Notes under the pieces: generated by a model
What the model saw: only the letters and a program-made list of their open reading frames with translations
Told to the model about the DNA's origin: nothing
Databases searched by the model: none
Made by a program: the position numbers and the translations under genes
Shown here: positions 28,869-38,636 of the stretch, one piece after another
Numbering within the stretch: the stretch's first letter is position 1
Layout of the letters: each line of letters begins with the position of its first letter
Origin: an uncultured Trueperaceae bacterium
GTDB taxonomy: Bacteria > Deinococcota > Deinococci > Deinococcales > Trueperaceae
NCBI GenBank assembly: GCA_963799485.1
Contig: CAWCXJ010000006.1
Location: 96,001 to 160,000 of the forward strand
Direction of reading: 5' to 3'
Length of the DNA: 64,000 nucleotides

Positions 28869-29100
28869 CGCAACTTTGTATAATCCAGTGCGTAGCGCAA
28901 ACAGTGCCTAAAAACACAATACTTTGTCACCGAGGCGCAAATCCTTTTGGTGACTTTTCAGTATGGTATTGCTACGGCACATGGAGGGGCACGGCCTCTA
29001 GGTTTCGGCGGCTACTGCGTGTTACTGCACTGTATTACTACACCGTGTCCGCTCACGCTGTCTTCGGGCGTTTTAAGACCCAAGCTACAAGGAGGATTTT

Positions 29101-29547
29101 ATGGCAGATACGAACGATACGATCAAAGCGCTGAACTACCTGATCGGTACCTGCATCGACGGTGAGAACGGCTACCGCGAAGCTGCTGAAGAGGCAGGCA
29201 GCAGCGAGCTGAAAACGCAGTTGGCCCGGTTCGGTCAGCAGCGCACGCAGTTCCGCGGCGAGCTGGAGCAAGAGGTTATTCGTTTGGGCGGCGACCCCAA
29301 AGAGAGTGGCAGCGCCGGGGCCAGCTTGCACCGCACCTGGCTGAACGTCCGTGACGCTGTCACGGGCAAGGGCGACGCCGCCATTATTAAAGAGAGTCAG
29401 CGCGGCGAAAAAGTGGCGCTCGACAACTACGACGATGTTTTGGGTCGTGACTTGCCCGCCGACCTGACCGAAACCGTAAAACGCCAGCGCGACGCCATTG
29501 CGCACGTTTACGGCGAACTCGAGGAGTTGGAAAAAGTCTCCAGCTAA
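29101..29547 (+). CDS. PA2169/DUF2383 ferritin-like four-helix bundle
   Basis: LN.LI..C.DG..GY..AAE, LGG.P..SGS..A.LHR.W and RGE..A...Y motifs; AAGGAGG RBS. Confidence 0.9.
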   Translation: MADTNDTIKALNYLIGTCIDGENGYREAAEEAGSSELKTQLARFGQQRTQFRGELEQEVIRLGGDPKESGSAGASLHRTWLNVRDAVTGKGDAAIIKESQRGEKVALDNYDDVLGRDLPADLTETVKRQRDAIAHVYGELEELEKVSS

Positions 29548-29584
29548 GTCTCTAGCTAAAAAAGTTCATACCGGAGGTAACGCC

Positions 29585-30022
29585 ATGGCTACCGTAGCTG
29601 CAATTTTCGACGATTCTGACGCGCTCGAGAAGGCCGTAAACGCGCTGCAAAGCGCCGGTCTGGGCGACGACATCACCGAGGTTGCTGAAAATACGCATTC
29701 GGACACTGCCCCTGAAGCGAGCAGAAGTGCCGACGACGCGGAAACAGCCGAAGCCGGCGCGATTCCCATCGCGGGTGCAGGTCTCGCCGGGGGTGGTGCG
29801 GTCGGCGGGCGCGGCGCGGCGCCGCTCGGCGGCTTGAGCATTTTCGGCGGCGACAACGATCCGACCGACGGTCAGCTAGACAAGCTCGGGGGCGACGCCG
29901 AACCGTTCCGGCAAGCCCTCGAGCACGGCGGCAAGGTCTTGATGTTAGAGACCAGCGACGTAAACACTGCCGTCTCGACGCTGCAGAGCGCGGGCGCACA
30001 AAGGGTTTACGACCCACGTTAA
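29585..30022 (+). CDS. Hypothetical general-stress-type acidic protein
   Basis: GGAGGT RBS; MATVAAIFDD..ALEKAV..LQSAG; Gly-rich middle. Confidence 0.7.
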   Translation: MATVAAIFDDSDALEKAVNALQSAGLGDDITEVAENTHSDTAPEASRSADDAETAEAGAIPIAGAGLAGGGAVGGRGAAPLGGLSIFGGDNDPTDGQLDKLGGDAEPFRQALEHGGKVLMLETSDVNTAVSTLQSAGAQRVYDPR

Positions 30023-30045
30023 AAAGTACGCTTCAAACACAGCAA

Positions 30046-30072
30046 AAAAGGGCTCGAGTCTCGAGCCCTTTT
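30046..30072. terminator. Bidirectional intrinsic terminator
   Basis: AAAAGGGCTCGAG-T-CTCGAGCCCTTTT perfect inverted repeat between convergent genes. Confidence 0.9.
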
Positions 30073-30090
30073 CTTAATTACTGCTGCGCG

Positions 30091-30483
30091 CTACTCTTTG
30101 GCCCCTTCGCTTAAAAACGCTGCCGAATCGTAGTAGGTACGAAAACTCTTGACCTTTTCGTCCTCGAAGCCGAGCGAGCTGACCCCTTTGTAGTGAATCG
30201 CCTTGCCGCTTGCGAGCTCGCCCTGCGATTCCCACTCGAGCACCGCCCCGTCGTCGTCTTCGGTGACGTTGTAAAACTCGGTAGAGATTTCGTTAAAGGG
30301 CTCCAAATATTCGCCCCAAAACTTCTCGGCGTCGGCCTTGCCTTCGTAAGTCTTGTGTGTGAGCCGCTCCAAGGTGGCGTCATCAGAGAAAAGCGCGACG
30401 ATGCCAGCCGGGTTTTGGCTCGACTCAAGGTCTTGAAGCGCGTCCATAAAAGCTTGCGTGCGTTCGGTCGCCGTTGTTTTCAT
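30091..30483 (-). CDS. SnoaL/NTF2-like protein
   Basis: ALFSDDA, FW.EY, LEW, Y.GVS.L and FRTYYDS motifs; TAGAAT 7 nt before ATG. Confidence 0.85.
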   Translation of the reverse strand: MKTTATERTQAFMDALQDLESSQNPAGIVALFSDDATLERLTHKTYEGKADAEKFWGEYLEPFNEISTEFYNVTEDDDGAVLEWESQGELASGKAIHYKGVSSLGFEDEKVKSFRTYYDSAAFLSEGAKE

Positions 30484-30555
30484 GAGACTCATTCTAAAGC
30501 TGTCACGAGCGGCCTTTTAGTTCTAGCCCTACAGTTTTGGGCTTCTCGGTACCTT

Positions 30556-31332
30556 TTAGCCCTGAAGCAGCGACTGCGCGCCGTCGATCCAGACTTCGGT
30601 GCCGGTGATGTGGCTCGCGGCGTCCGACGCCAGAAACAGCACGAGCTGCGCGACCTGCTCGGACTTGCCGGGTTGACCGCCGGTCAAGGGCACTTTCCCT
30701 CCCGGAAACTCGACCTTGACGCCGACGCCACTGCCCTTTTGCTCGGTGTTGTCGTCGATTTCGGTGTCGATAGCACCCGGACAGATGACGTTGACACGGA
30801 TTTTTTGGGGGGCCAGCTCGAGCGCCAGCATCTTGGTCAGTGCCACCTGCGCCGCCTTGGTACTCGCATACGCCGACGCACCCGAATTGGAAAACATCCG
30901 CGTACCGTTGACCGACGCCGTAACGACCACCGAACCACCCTGCTTTTTAAGGTGCGGCACCGTGTGTTTGATGGTCAGAAACGTCCCGACGAGATTGATA
31001 TCGACCGTTTTGCGAAAATCTTCCTCGCTTAAGTCTTCGATTCCGGCCCAGGTGCCGTTGACCCCGGCGTTGGCAAACACCACGTCGAGCCGACCATATT
31101 TTGAAACCGTCTCGTCGATTGCCTTTTTTAAGGTTTCACTGTCGCTGATGTCGGCTTCAAGCGCCGTCGCCTCCCCGCCCGCATCCTCAATTTCCTGAAC
31201 GACCTGCTCGAGTTCTTCTTTTGTCCGGCTGATGAGCACGACCTTCGCACCCTCGCGCGCCAAAAGCCGACCCGCCGCTTCACCGATGCCCGACCCGCCA
31301 CCTGTTATAAACGCAACTTTGTCTTTTAACAT
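30556..31332 (-). CDS. SDR family oxidoreductase
   Basis: TGGGSGIG, NAG, YASTK and IRVN.ICPG motifs; AGGAGG RBS. Confidence 0.95.
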   Translation of the reverse strand: MLKDKVAFITGGGSGIGEAAGRLLAREGAKVVLISRTKEELEQVVQEIEDAGGEATALEADISDSETLKKAIDETVSKYGRLDVVFANAGVNGTWAGIEDLSEEDFRKTVDINLVGTFLTIKHTVPHLKKQGGSVVVTASVNGTRMFSNSGASAYASTKAAQVALTKMLALELAPQKIRVNVICPGAIDTEIDDNTEQKGSGVGVKVEFPGGKVPLTGGQPGKSEQVAQLVLFLASDAASHITGTEVWIDGAQSLLQG

Positions 31333-31401
31333 AAAAACCTCCTGCCTCTATGCTAAAAAGCCGTAGGGTTACAAACTGAAAGATGCCCCACAGGTATGCG
31401 T

Positions 31402-31830
31402 TTAGTTGGGATGAATTTGGGCGGCGCGGGCTTCTTGCTCGAGGCTGATTTCGTAATAAGCACGGAAAAAATTGCGGGTGCGGGCAAGTCCCAAAAGCCA
31501 TTCTCCAAGATAACGAAGCCAAAAACCGAGACTTGTATACCGCCGGTACTGCGTCACATGGCACGCTTCGTGCGCCACCGTCACCGTAAACTGCGGGTGC
31601 CGTAAAAGCTCCGGGGTGACCAGCACCGTTTCGCCCCACGTTTGCGCCGAGGCCCGGAAGCCGAAAGCGGGCAGTACCGGGACTTCGTAAAGCTGAACGT
31701 CTAAACGCCGTCCGCCCAGAAAAAGACCGAAGAGTACCCCGAAACGCGTTGCTAAAAAGGGACGCTGAGTTAGCAGCTCGAGGCCGACAGTCAAAATCAG
31801 CAGCAGGAACATCCAAATCATCACTGTCAC
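31402..31830 (-). CDS. Membrane-anchored DUF4157-like HExxH zincin protein
   Basis: AQTWG..V, AHEACHV.QY and Y..I.LE.EAR motifs; N-terminal hydrophobic segment. Confidence 0.7.
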   Translation of the reverse strand: MTVMIWMFLLLILTVGLELLTQRPFLATRFGVLFGLFLGGRRLDVQLYEVPVLPAFGFRASAQTWGETVLVTPELLRHPQFTVTVAHEACHVTQYRRYTSLGFWLRYLGEWLLGLARTRNFFRAYYEISLEQEARAAQIHPN

Positions 31831-31848
31831 ACACCCTATAATGCCCGT

Positions 31849-32790
31849 ATGCCACGCCCCTGCATTATCTTAGACTGCGACCCCGGTCACGACGACGCGC
31901 TCGCGCTCCTGTTTGCCGTAAAACACTGCGACCTGCTAGGCGTCACGACCGTCAGCGGCAACGCGCCGCTTACCGACACCACGCGCAACGCCCTGTTGAC
32001 CTTGCAGATTGCCGGGGCCGACGTTCCGGTCTACGCCGGAGCTGCACGCCCGCTCGTTGCCGAAGCGCAGCACGCGCCCGACATTCACGGCGAATCGGGT
32101 CTTGGCGGCCCGGTGTTACCCAAGCTAAACCGTAAACCGGCAGGTCACGACGCCGTGCGTTTTATCGTCGATACCGTAAGACAAACACCAGACGTGTGGC
32201 TCGTCGCGGTCGGGCCGCTGACCAACGTCGCGCTGGCGTTACGAGAAGCCCCGGACATCGCCCTCAAACTTGCAGGAATTTCAATTATGGGCGGCAGCAC
32301 CGGCCCCGGCAACCGCACCCCGACCGCCGAGTTCAATATCTGGGCCGACCCCGAAGCGGCGCAAGTCGTCTTCGGCAGCGGCGTCCCGCTCGTCATGTGC
32401 GGCCTCAACGTCACGCATCAATTCATGATTTTAGAGGCCGACGTCGCCCGGATTCGGGCGCTGAATAATCCTGCCGCGTCGTTTGCCGCCGAGCTGTTGG
32501 GCTTTTACGGTCAAGCCTACGCCGACGCCTTTTTCGGTCGCGCCGAAGGGCCGCTGCACGACCCCTGCGCCGTGTTAGCGCTGACACATCCGGAGTTGTT
32601 TAGGCTCGAGCCCCGTCACGTCACCGTCGAACTACGCGGCGAGCATACGCGCGGGATGACGGTCGTAGACGAACGCGGTAACCGGGCAAGGGACGCCGCC
32701 CCGCCGAATGTTCAGGTCGCCTACACCCTTGACCGGGACGCGGCGTTAGAGATGCTTGTCCAAACCCTCGAGCTATACGCCTCAGTCTAA
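31849..32790 (+). CDS. Inosine-uridine-preferring nucleoside hydrolase
   Basis: DCDPGHDD, HGESGL, GPLTN, AEFNIWADPEAA and LHDP motifs. Confidence 0.95.
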   Translation: MPRPCIILDCDPGHDDALALLFAVKHCDLLGVTTVSGNAPLTDTTRNALLTLQIAGADVPVYAGAARPLVAEAQHAPDIHGESGLGGPVLPKLNRKPAGHDAVRFIVDTVRQTPDVWLVAVGPLTNVALALREAPDIALKLAGISIMGGSTGPGNRTPTAEFNIWADPEAAQVVFGSGVPLVMCGLNVTHQFMILEADVARIRALNNPAASFAAELLGFYGQAYADAFFGRAEGPLHDPCAVLALTHPELFRLEPRHVTVELRGEHTRGMTVVDERGNRARDAAPPNVQVAYTLDRDAALEMLVQTLELYASV

Positions 32791-32810
32791 AAAGGTAGAC
32801 TAAAAGCCTC

Positions 32811-33491
32811 GTGATTGAGTTTCGCCACGTTACCAAAACCTATCCGCGCACCCACACCCACGCGCTTAAAAACGTCGACTTCAGCATTCAAAAAGGCGAG
32901 TTTTTGTATATCATCGGGCATTCCGGGGCCGGAAAATCGACGCTTTTGTCGCTTATCTTGCGCCGCATCACCCCCAGCGAAGGCAGCGTATACATTTTGG
33001 GTCAGGATTTGGCCCGGTTGCGCGAGCGCAGACTGCCACTCTTGCGCCGCCGCATCGGGATGGTGTTTCAAAATCACCGTTTGCTGCCCAACATGAGCGC
33101 GTCGGAAAACCTCGTCTTTGCGCTCCGGGCCACCGGCGAGAAGGGAAACCTCGAGCACCGCGCCCTCGTTGCCCTGCGTCAGGTCGCCCTGGCCCACAAA
33201 CGCAAAGCCTATCCGGTCGAGCTTTCTTTAGGTGAGCAGCAGCGCGTGGCGATTGCCCGCGCGATGGTCACGAACCCGCCGCTGCTCTTATGCGACGAAC
33301 CGACCGGCAACCTCGACCCGGACACCGCGCAAGAGATTTTAGAACTTTTGAACGACATCAATATCAAGGGGACGACGGTTGTCGTAGCGACGCACGCCAA
33401 GGAACTCGTCGACCGCTTGCGGCTCCGGACGATTGTGCTGCGCGGCGGACAGGTGGTGCGCGATGACGAAGCCGGGGGTTATTCGCTCTAG
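32811..33491 (+). CDS. ftsE: Cell division ATP-binding protein FtsE
   Basis: [38 protein letters not shown] and GTTVVVATH motifs. Confidence 0.88.
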   Translation: MIEFRHVTKTYPRTHTHALKNVDFSIQKGEFLYIIGHSGAGKSTLLSLILRRITPSEGSVYILGQDLARLRERRLPLLRRRIGMVFQNHRLLPNMSASENLVFALRATGEKGNLEHRALVALRQVALAHKRKAYPVELSLGEQQRVAIARAMVTNPPLLLCDEPTGNLDPDTAQEILELLNDINIKGTTVVVATHAKELVDRLRLRTIVLRGGQVVRDDEAGGYSL

Positions 33492-33496
33492 CAACT

Positions 33497-33647
33497 ATGC
33501 GTGACGCGGAGCTAAACCGGCGGCAAGAGCTGAGCCGCAAGGTAGCCGACGCCCTCGAGCCCGGTGTTTAGCAATTTTGGTTCATCAGCTGCCGGATAGC
33601 TGGGCGCAGCTTTCGACATCGACTTTGCCGTATTTACGCAGGCGTAG
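33497..33647 (+). pseudogene. Remnant of a minimal nucleotidyltransferase (Pol-beta fold)
   Basis: MRDAELNRRQELSRKVADAL..., then FGSSAAG*LGAAFDIDFAVF (GS...DxD motif) with stops and a frameshift. Confidence 0.45.
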
Positions 33648-33882
33648 AAGGCTTGCCCGGGCATTTGCGACCAGCCTCGAGCCCAACCGCGTCTGTCAAG
33701 CTCAGCTCGTTGTGTGTGCTTAACGCGGCGTCTAACACTGTGCCCAATACTGTGCCTAACGTGTGCGTTATGGTCAAAGATTCTACACCATTTCTTAATC
33801 CATCACAGTTAAACTCATAAAGGACGTTATACTATCTTAAAATACCGGATATATCCTAGCTACGTCTCTGGGGGGACGACCT

Positions 33883-34365
33883 ATGACCATGCCTACGTCT
33901 TCTACACCTAACTTGCACACCCGGCCTGCTACAGTGGTCGATGCCGGACACGTCTTCAACCTCTACTGCGGGGCACCCCGCTACTTTGAGTTTTTATCTG
34001 TCCCGCTGCCAACCCTGCCTGAAGTCGCGCGCGAGCTAGAAGCCGCCGCCCAAGACCCCAAGCGCTACGTCGAACTGCTCCTCGAGGACGGTCACATGGT
34101 GGGGTATCTCGACTACAAGCTCGATTACCCGGAACCCGGCGACGCGACCGTAAACCTGCTGCTCATCCCCGAAGCGCTGCAAAGCCGTGGTTACGGGCGG
34201 CGTTCGATAGTGCTTTTAGAGGCGGGGTTGCAAGGCCGGGCCAAACGCATTCTGGCAAGTATTTACGGCAGCAACCTGCGCGCCAAACGTTTCTGGCGTT
34301 CGCTCGGCTACCGCTTTGCTATCGACGCGCGACCGATTTTGGAGTGGTACGCGAAGGAGCTGTAA
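33883..34365 (+). CDS. GNAT acetyltransferase
   Basis: LLLIP...QSRGYGR and N.RAKRFW.SLGY motifs. Confidence 0.88.
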   Translation: MTMPTSSTPNLHTRPATVVDAGHVFNLYCGAPRYFEFLSVPLPTLPEVARELEAAAQDPKRYVELLLEDGHMVGYLDYKLDYPEPGDATVNLLLIPEALQSRGYGRRSIVLLEAGLQGRAKRILASIYGSNLRAKRFWRSLGYRFAIDARPILEWYAKEL

Positions 34366-34491
34366 AGCAGCGAGTAAAAAATAACGAGTAACGAGGAGCG
34401 CGCTTTTTCACTGCTCGGTACTCATTGCTGCTTCACTTGCAGCAAGAACGCCTACTGTGGTCTACTGACTTTTACCCACGCCCCGCCGTGG

Positions 34492-34610
34492 AACTATCAA
34501 GAGCAGCCGAGGGACCTGGCCCCGAGACGTTGCAGCAACCAGCCTTCATCTAGGCGGGTGCTCCCTCCAGCCGAGGTCGGCTTACGATGACGCGCCCCGG
34601 AGAGATAGAG
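34492..34610 (+). ncRNA. SAM-I (S-box) riboswitch
   Basis: CTATC-AAGAG...GAGGGAC-CTGGCCC...GCAACC...GGTGCT..TCC...GAGATAG core with P1 CTATC/GATAG; directly upstream of methionine genes. Confidence 0.92.
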
Positions 34611-34829
34611 GCGCAACCGCCTCACTGAAATGGAGGCGACGGTGCAGAACCCAAAACGCCCAAATAAAAAACGCCCAAGTGCAAAACGCCCAAATTCAGG
34701 ACGAACGCCCTAGCGCAAGCGGGCTAGGGCCGGGTCGTCGATTTTTCTCAGCCCGGTGGCGACTGCTCGAGGCTTTACATTGGCCTAACCGGATTCACCG
34801 TAAAGATTTCACGAAAGGAGCACAGCACC

Positions 34830-36164
34830 GTGCCCAAACTCCCTGTAGAGACGCCCGCGCCGACTACGGAAGAACCGCAGACGCCCGACACGTCTCGCCA
34901 ACCCCTCGCCTTCGATACCTTGAGCGTTCATGCCGGACAAACGCCCGACCCGCTAACGGGCTCGCGCGCCGTACCCATCTATGCGACCGCTTCGTTTACC
35001 TTTGAGAGCGCCGAGCACGCCGCCAACCTCTTTGCCGGTGAAGCGCCCGGCAATCAGTACGGTCGGATGCACAACCCGACGGTCGATGTATTTGTTGCGC
35101 GGTTGGTGGCGCTCGAGGCCGGGGTTGCCGGGTTGGGCCTCGCTTCGGGGCAAGCAGCGACGACCGCGACGCTCTTGGCGCTGGCGCGTCCGGGGGCACA
35201 CCTGGTGGTCTCGAGCGAGTGCTTCGGCGGGACGTTCAGCGTGCTGCGGAAGGTACTCGAGCCGTGGGGCTGCGAGGTTTCCACCGTTTCGCCAAACCCG
35301 GACGCCATTCAAGCGGCGATTCGTGACGAAACAGTGGGTGTTTGGGCCGAGACGATTGCCAATCCGAGCTGCAGCGTTCCGGACATTTCTGCGATTGCCG
35401 AGCTGTGCCAAAGTGCCAAAGTGCCGTTTATCGTCGACAACACCTGGGGTTGCGGCGGTTACTTGTGCCGTCCACTGACGCTCGGCGCGGACATCGTGGT
35501 GCATTCGGCGACGAAGTGGATCGGCGGACACGGCACCTTTATCGGCGGCGCGGTGGTCGAGGCGGGACGGTTCGACTGGGCGGCGCAACCGGGGAGGTTT
35601 CCGGCATTCGTCAAACCCGATACGAGAGGCCGCACCTACGTTTCGCGTGCGCCTGAAACGGCTTTTACGCTGCGCGCCTACGATTTGGGACTTTTTACGA
35701 TGGGGATGACGCTTTCGCCTTACGCGGCGTCTTTAGCGCTACAAGGTCTGGAAACGTTGCCTCTGAGAGTACAGCGTTCGTGCGACACCACCGTAAAACT
35801 GGCGCAGTGGCTCGCGCGTCAACCTGAAGTCAAACGGGTACTTTACCCCGGCTTGCCGTCGCACCCGTCATTTGAAACGGCGCAAAAAACGCTTTCACAC
35901 GGTTTCGGCGCGGTGCTTTCGTTTGAGGCGCAGTCAGCCGAACTCGCACAGGGGTTTTTGAACCGCGTGCAGCTCGCTTCGCATCTCGCCAATATCGGCG
36001 ACGCCAAAACGGTCGTCATCAGCCCCTGGACGACGACGCACGCCGGACTGAGCGAGGCCGCTCGCCGGGAAGCCGGGGTGACGCCGGAGCTGGTGCGGGT
36101 CTCGGTGGGCCTCGAGGCTCCCGCTGACCTCGCGGCCGACTTTAGCCAAGCTTTACGGGGTTAG
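34830..36164 (+). CDS. metY: O-acetylhomoserine aminocarboxypropyltransferase (sulfhydrylase)
   Basis: AVPIY.T.SF.F, Y.R..NPT, ASGQAA, VDNT, HSATKW.GGHG and ANIGDAK motifs; AAGGAG RBS. Confidence 0.9.
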   Translation: MPKLPVETPAPTTEEPQTPDTSRQPLAFDTLSVHAGQTPDPLTGSRAVPIYATASFTFESAEHAANLFAGEAPGNQYGRMHNPTVDVFVARLVALEAGVAGLGLASGQAATTATLLALARPGAHLVVSSECFGGTFSVLRKVLEPWGCEVSTVSPNPDAIQAAIRDETVGVWAETIANPSCSVPDISAIAELCQSAKVPFIVDNTWGCGGYLCRPLTLGADIVVHSATKWIGGHGTFIGGAVVEAGRFDWAAQPGRFPAFVKPDTRGRTYVSRAPETAFTLRAYDLGLFTMGMTLSPYAASLALQGLETLPLRVQRSCDTTVKLAQWLARQPEVKRVLYPGLPSHPSFETAQKTLSHGFGAVLSFEAQSAELAQGFLNRVQLASHLANIGDAKTVVISPWTTTHAGLSEAARREAGVTPELVRVSVGLEAPADLAADFSQALRG

Positions 36165-36176
36165 TACGGCTTTATT

Positions 36177-37355
36177 GTGACCACGCTTGTACACGAAACC
36201 TGGGGCGACCACGCCGCGCTGCTCGCCCGCTCACAAGACAGTAGCGCAGGCGTCGGCGTCGTCAAACCCCGGACGCTGCGCGTAGCGACGCCGGAAAATC
36301 CGCTGAAGCTCGAGTACGGCGGCACTCTTTCTGAGGTGTGCGTTACTTTTGAGACCTACGGCGAGCTGAACGCTGCCAAAGACAACACGGTTTTGCTCTG
36401 CCACGCGCTGACCGGCTCAGCGCACGCGGCTGGCGTTCAAGGTTCTGCACCGGGCGAAGTTCCGGGGTGGTGGGATCCGCTCATCGGCCCCGGCAAAGCT
36501 ATCGATACGCGCAAGCATTTTGTCGTGTGCCCGAACGTACTGGGCGGTTGTTACGGGACGACCGGCCCGGGCAGCCCGAACCCCGAAACGGGCGAGCCTT
36601 ACCGGTTGCATTTTCCGCGCTACACGGTGCGCGATATGGTGGCGGTGCAAGCGCGACTTTTAGATGTTCTTGGGATTGACTCGGTGCGGGCGGTAATCGG
36701 CGGCAGTATGGGCGGGATGCAGGCGCTCGAGTGGGCCGCCTTATACCCTGAACGAGTTCGGAGCTTGGTCAGTATCGCTGTCGGCGCACGGCATTCGGCG
36801 TGGGCGATTGGCCTAAACGAGGTGGCGCGGCGCGCAATTACCAGCGACCCGGTTTGGAATGGGGGAGACTACGCGCCTGGTGCGCAACCAGAGACGGGGC
36901 TCGGTTTAGCTCGAGCGGTGGCGATGCTCTCATACCGTTCGGTCGATTCTTTGGAGGCCAAGTTCGGGCGTGAGCGCGTTTCAGCCTCTCGTGACTTGCT
37001 CGCGCATTCGTTTGAAATCGAGTCGTATCTGGCCTATCAGGGCGTTAAACTCGTGAAACGCTTCGACGCCAACACCTACCTTTACCTGACCAAGGCGATG
37101 GACGACTTTGATTTGTCCGAAGGGCGGGGCCGACTTAAAAACGTCCTCAAAAAGATGACGATGCCGTCCTTGATTATGGGGATTACCAGCGACGTGCTCT
37201 ATCCGGAACCCGAACAGTTGGCGCTCGTCGAAGGTCTGCCAAATGCTGAATACGCCCGCATCAGTTCACCGCACGGTCACGACGCGTTTTTAATCGAGTT
37301 TCCGCAACTAGCGGCGCGGCTGAGGCGGTTTTTGGGGGGGCCAGGGTCAGCTTAA
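36177..37355 (+). CDS. metX: Homoserine O-acetyltransferase
   Basis: CHALTG, GWW, GGSMGG, RFDANTY and HGHDAFL motifs. Confidence 0.95.
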   Translation: MTTLVHETWGDHAALLARSQDSSAGVGVVKPRTLRVATPENPLKLEYGGTLSEVCVTFETYGELNAAKDNTVLLCHALTGSAHAAGVQGSAPGEVPGWWDPLIGPGKAIDTRKHFVVCPNVLGGCYGTTGPGSPNPETGEPYRLHFPRYTVRDMVAVQARLLDVLGIDSVRAVIGGSMGGMQALEWAALYPERVRSLVSIAVGARHSAWAIGLNEVARRAITSDPVWNGGDYAPGAQPETGLGLARAVAMLSYRSVDSLEAKFGRERVSASRDLLAHSFEIESYLAYQGVKLVKRFDANTYLYLTKAMDDFDLSEGRGRLKNVLKKMTMPSLIMGITSDVLYPEPEQLALVEGLPNAEYARISSPHGHDAFLIEFPQLAARLRRFLGGPGSA

Positions 37356-37970
37356 AGTAATACCTGCTTCTGCGACTTGACCCGTTTTGCGTCCTGAAAC
37401 GCCCTGTGTTGCTTTGTGACTTCATAAAGGACGTGCTCGTTGAGGTGCCTAAGTTGAGGCTTTCGACAATGCCGTACATCGGGCCGTACATCGGGATACT
37501 GACGCACAGTTCGCTTTGTCCGACCGCAAAACCGCTGACGCCGGACACTTCATTGCCGAACCACACCGCCAGCTTTTTGTACCTGGTAAAATCCCCCGTC
37601 GTAAGCGAAACATAATGCTTGCCTTTGACGTGCGGAGACGTGACCACGGACTTAAACCCGTTTTCCTGGAGGTGACTTGCACAAGTTTCCGAGTTTTCAA
37701 AGCGTTTTACAAAGCTCCATTTAACCGCGGACGCAGATTTTTTAAGAGTGTTTTGTTCTCCCGCATGTCGTGCCAGTCTTCAGGTAGTTTTCCCAACCTG
37801 TCTACAACGTAGACCTTTTCTGCACCGAGGGCGTTGACGTTTCTGATAACAGTGCCGATATCTTTCCGGTCGTGAGGGTTCTCGAGCACCACAATCAGGT
37901 TTTTACACGTAAAATCCTTGATTTCGTCGGCCCTAAGTCTCAGGGTGGTTTTGCCCGTCTTTGCGTCCAT
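37352..37970 (-). pseudogene. TrmH/SpoU RNA methyltransferase, frameshifted
   Basis: VVLENP....IGTVIRN, WFGNE..G and ESLNLG motifs split over three frames (shifts near 37740 and 37435); 12-bp duplication PMYG-PMYG. Confidence 0.85.
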
Positions 37971-37975
37971 TTGAC

Positions 37976-38560
37976 TTATTTCTGCCGTAAAGGTTTAGCT
38001 AAAGCTGTACTCATTAGGGCGGGACCGTCTACGTTTGACTGAACCGTTTGTTTCAGTGCGCGCTTGCGCTCGATAGTCTCGCGCAAGTAGCCGACTTGAA
38101 TCCCTAAAAACGTAATCCGTCCGATGTTGTCGATGGTTTTGCCGCCGGGTTTTAGCGTCAGGGTTTGGTGCATGGTGAGGCCGCCCGGCAGCGCATATAT
38201 AAGACGAAACTGCGGGCCTACGGTACGCCCTTTTACGGAACCTTCGGCGTCGCTCAGCGTACCCGCATAGTTTCCCGGTGAGACCTCCCGTAAAAGCCAG
38301 TGCCTAGTCTGAGGCGGTTTTCCGGCGAACGTTACGGTCTGCTCGAGGCGAAAACTGCCGTCGGCCTGGGCAAAGCCGCGACTTTCAACGTGAAAGGGTT
38401 GCGGTTTCTGAAAGATTACGCTGAGCATGCCGTCACCGTGGCTACGGCCCGCAAATACCTGAACGGGATCGAACGTAAGCCGCGCGGCGGCAGGCGTAGC
38501 GGTTGGGGCGCACGCGCCGAGACCCAAAACGAGTAGTCCAAGCGCCGTAAACACCAACAT
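37976..38560 (-). CDS. DUF3833-like lipoprotein
   Basis: LGAC lipobox; FDP..F.GR..G.G, R.W and Y.GT.SDA.G motifs; start uncertain. Confidence 0.75.
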   Translation of the reverse strand: MLVFTALGLLVLGLGACAPTATPAAARLTFDPVQVFAGRSHGDGMLSVIFQKPQPFHVESRGFAQADGSFRLEQTVTFAGKPPQTRHWLLREVSPGNYAGTLSDAEGSVKGRTVGPQFRLIYALPGGLTMHQTLTLKPGGKTIDNIGRITFLGIQVGYLRETIERKRALKQTVQSNVDGPALMSTALAKPLRQK

Positions 38561-38636
38561 TTTGTCCTGCGCACTTTGGACCAACCGCCGAACGCCAAAG
38601 GCAGCAGCTTGTAGCAAGTCGGCATACACACTCACA

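Noticed and set aside
34366..34432. AGCAGCGAGTA...TACTCATTGCTGCT imperfect hairpin with heptamer-like repeats
   Set aside because: Single degenerate occurrence, best explained as a terminator-like stem after the GNAT gene.
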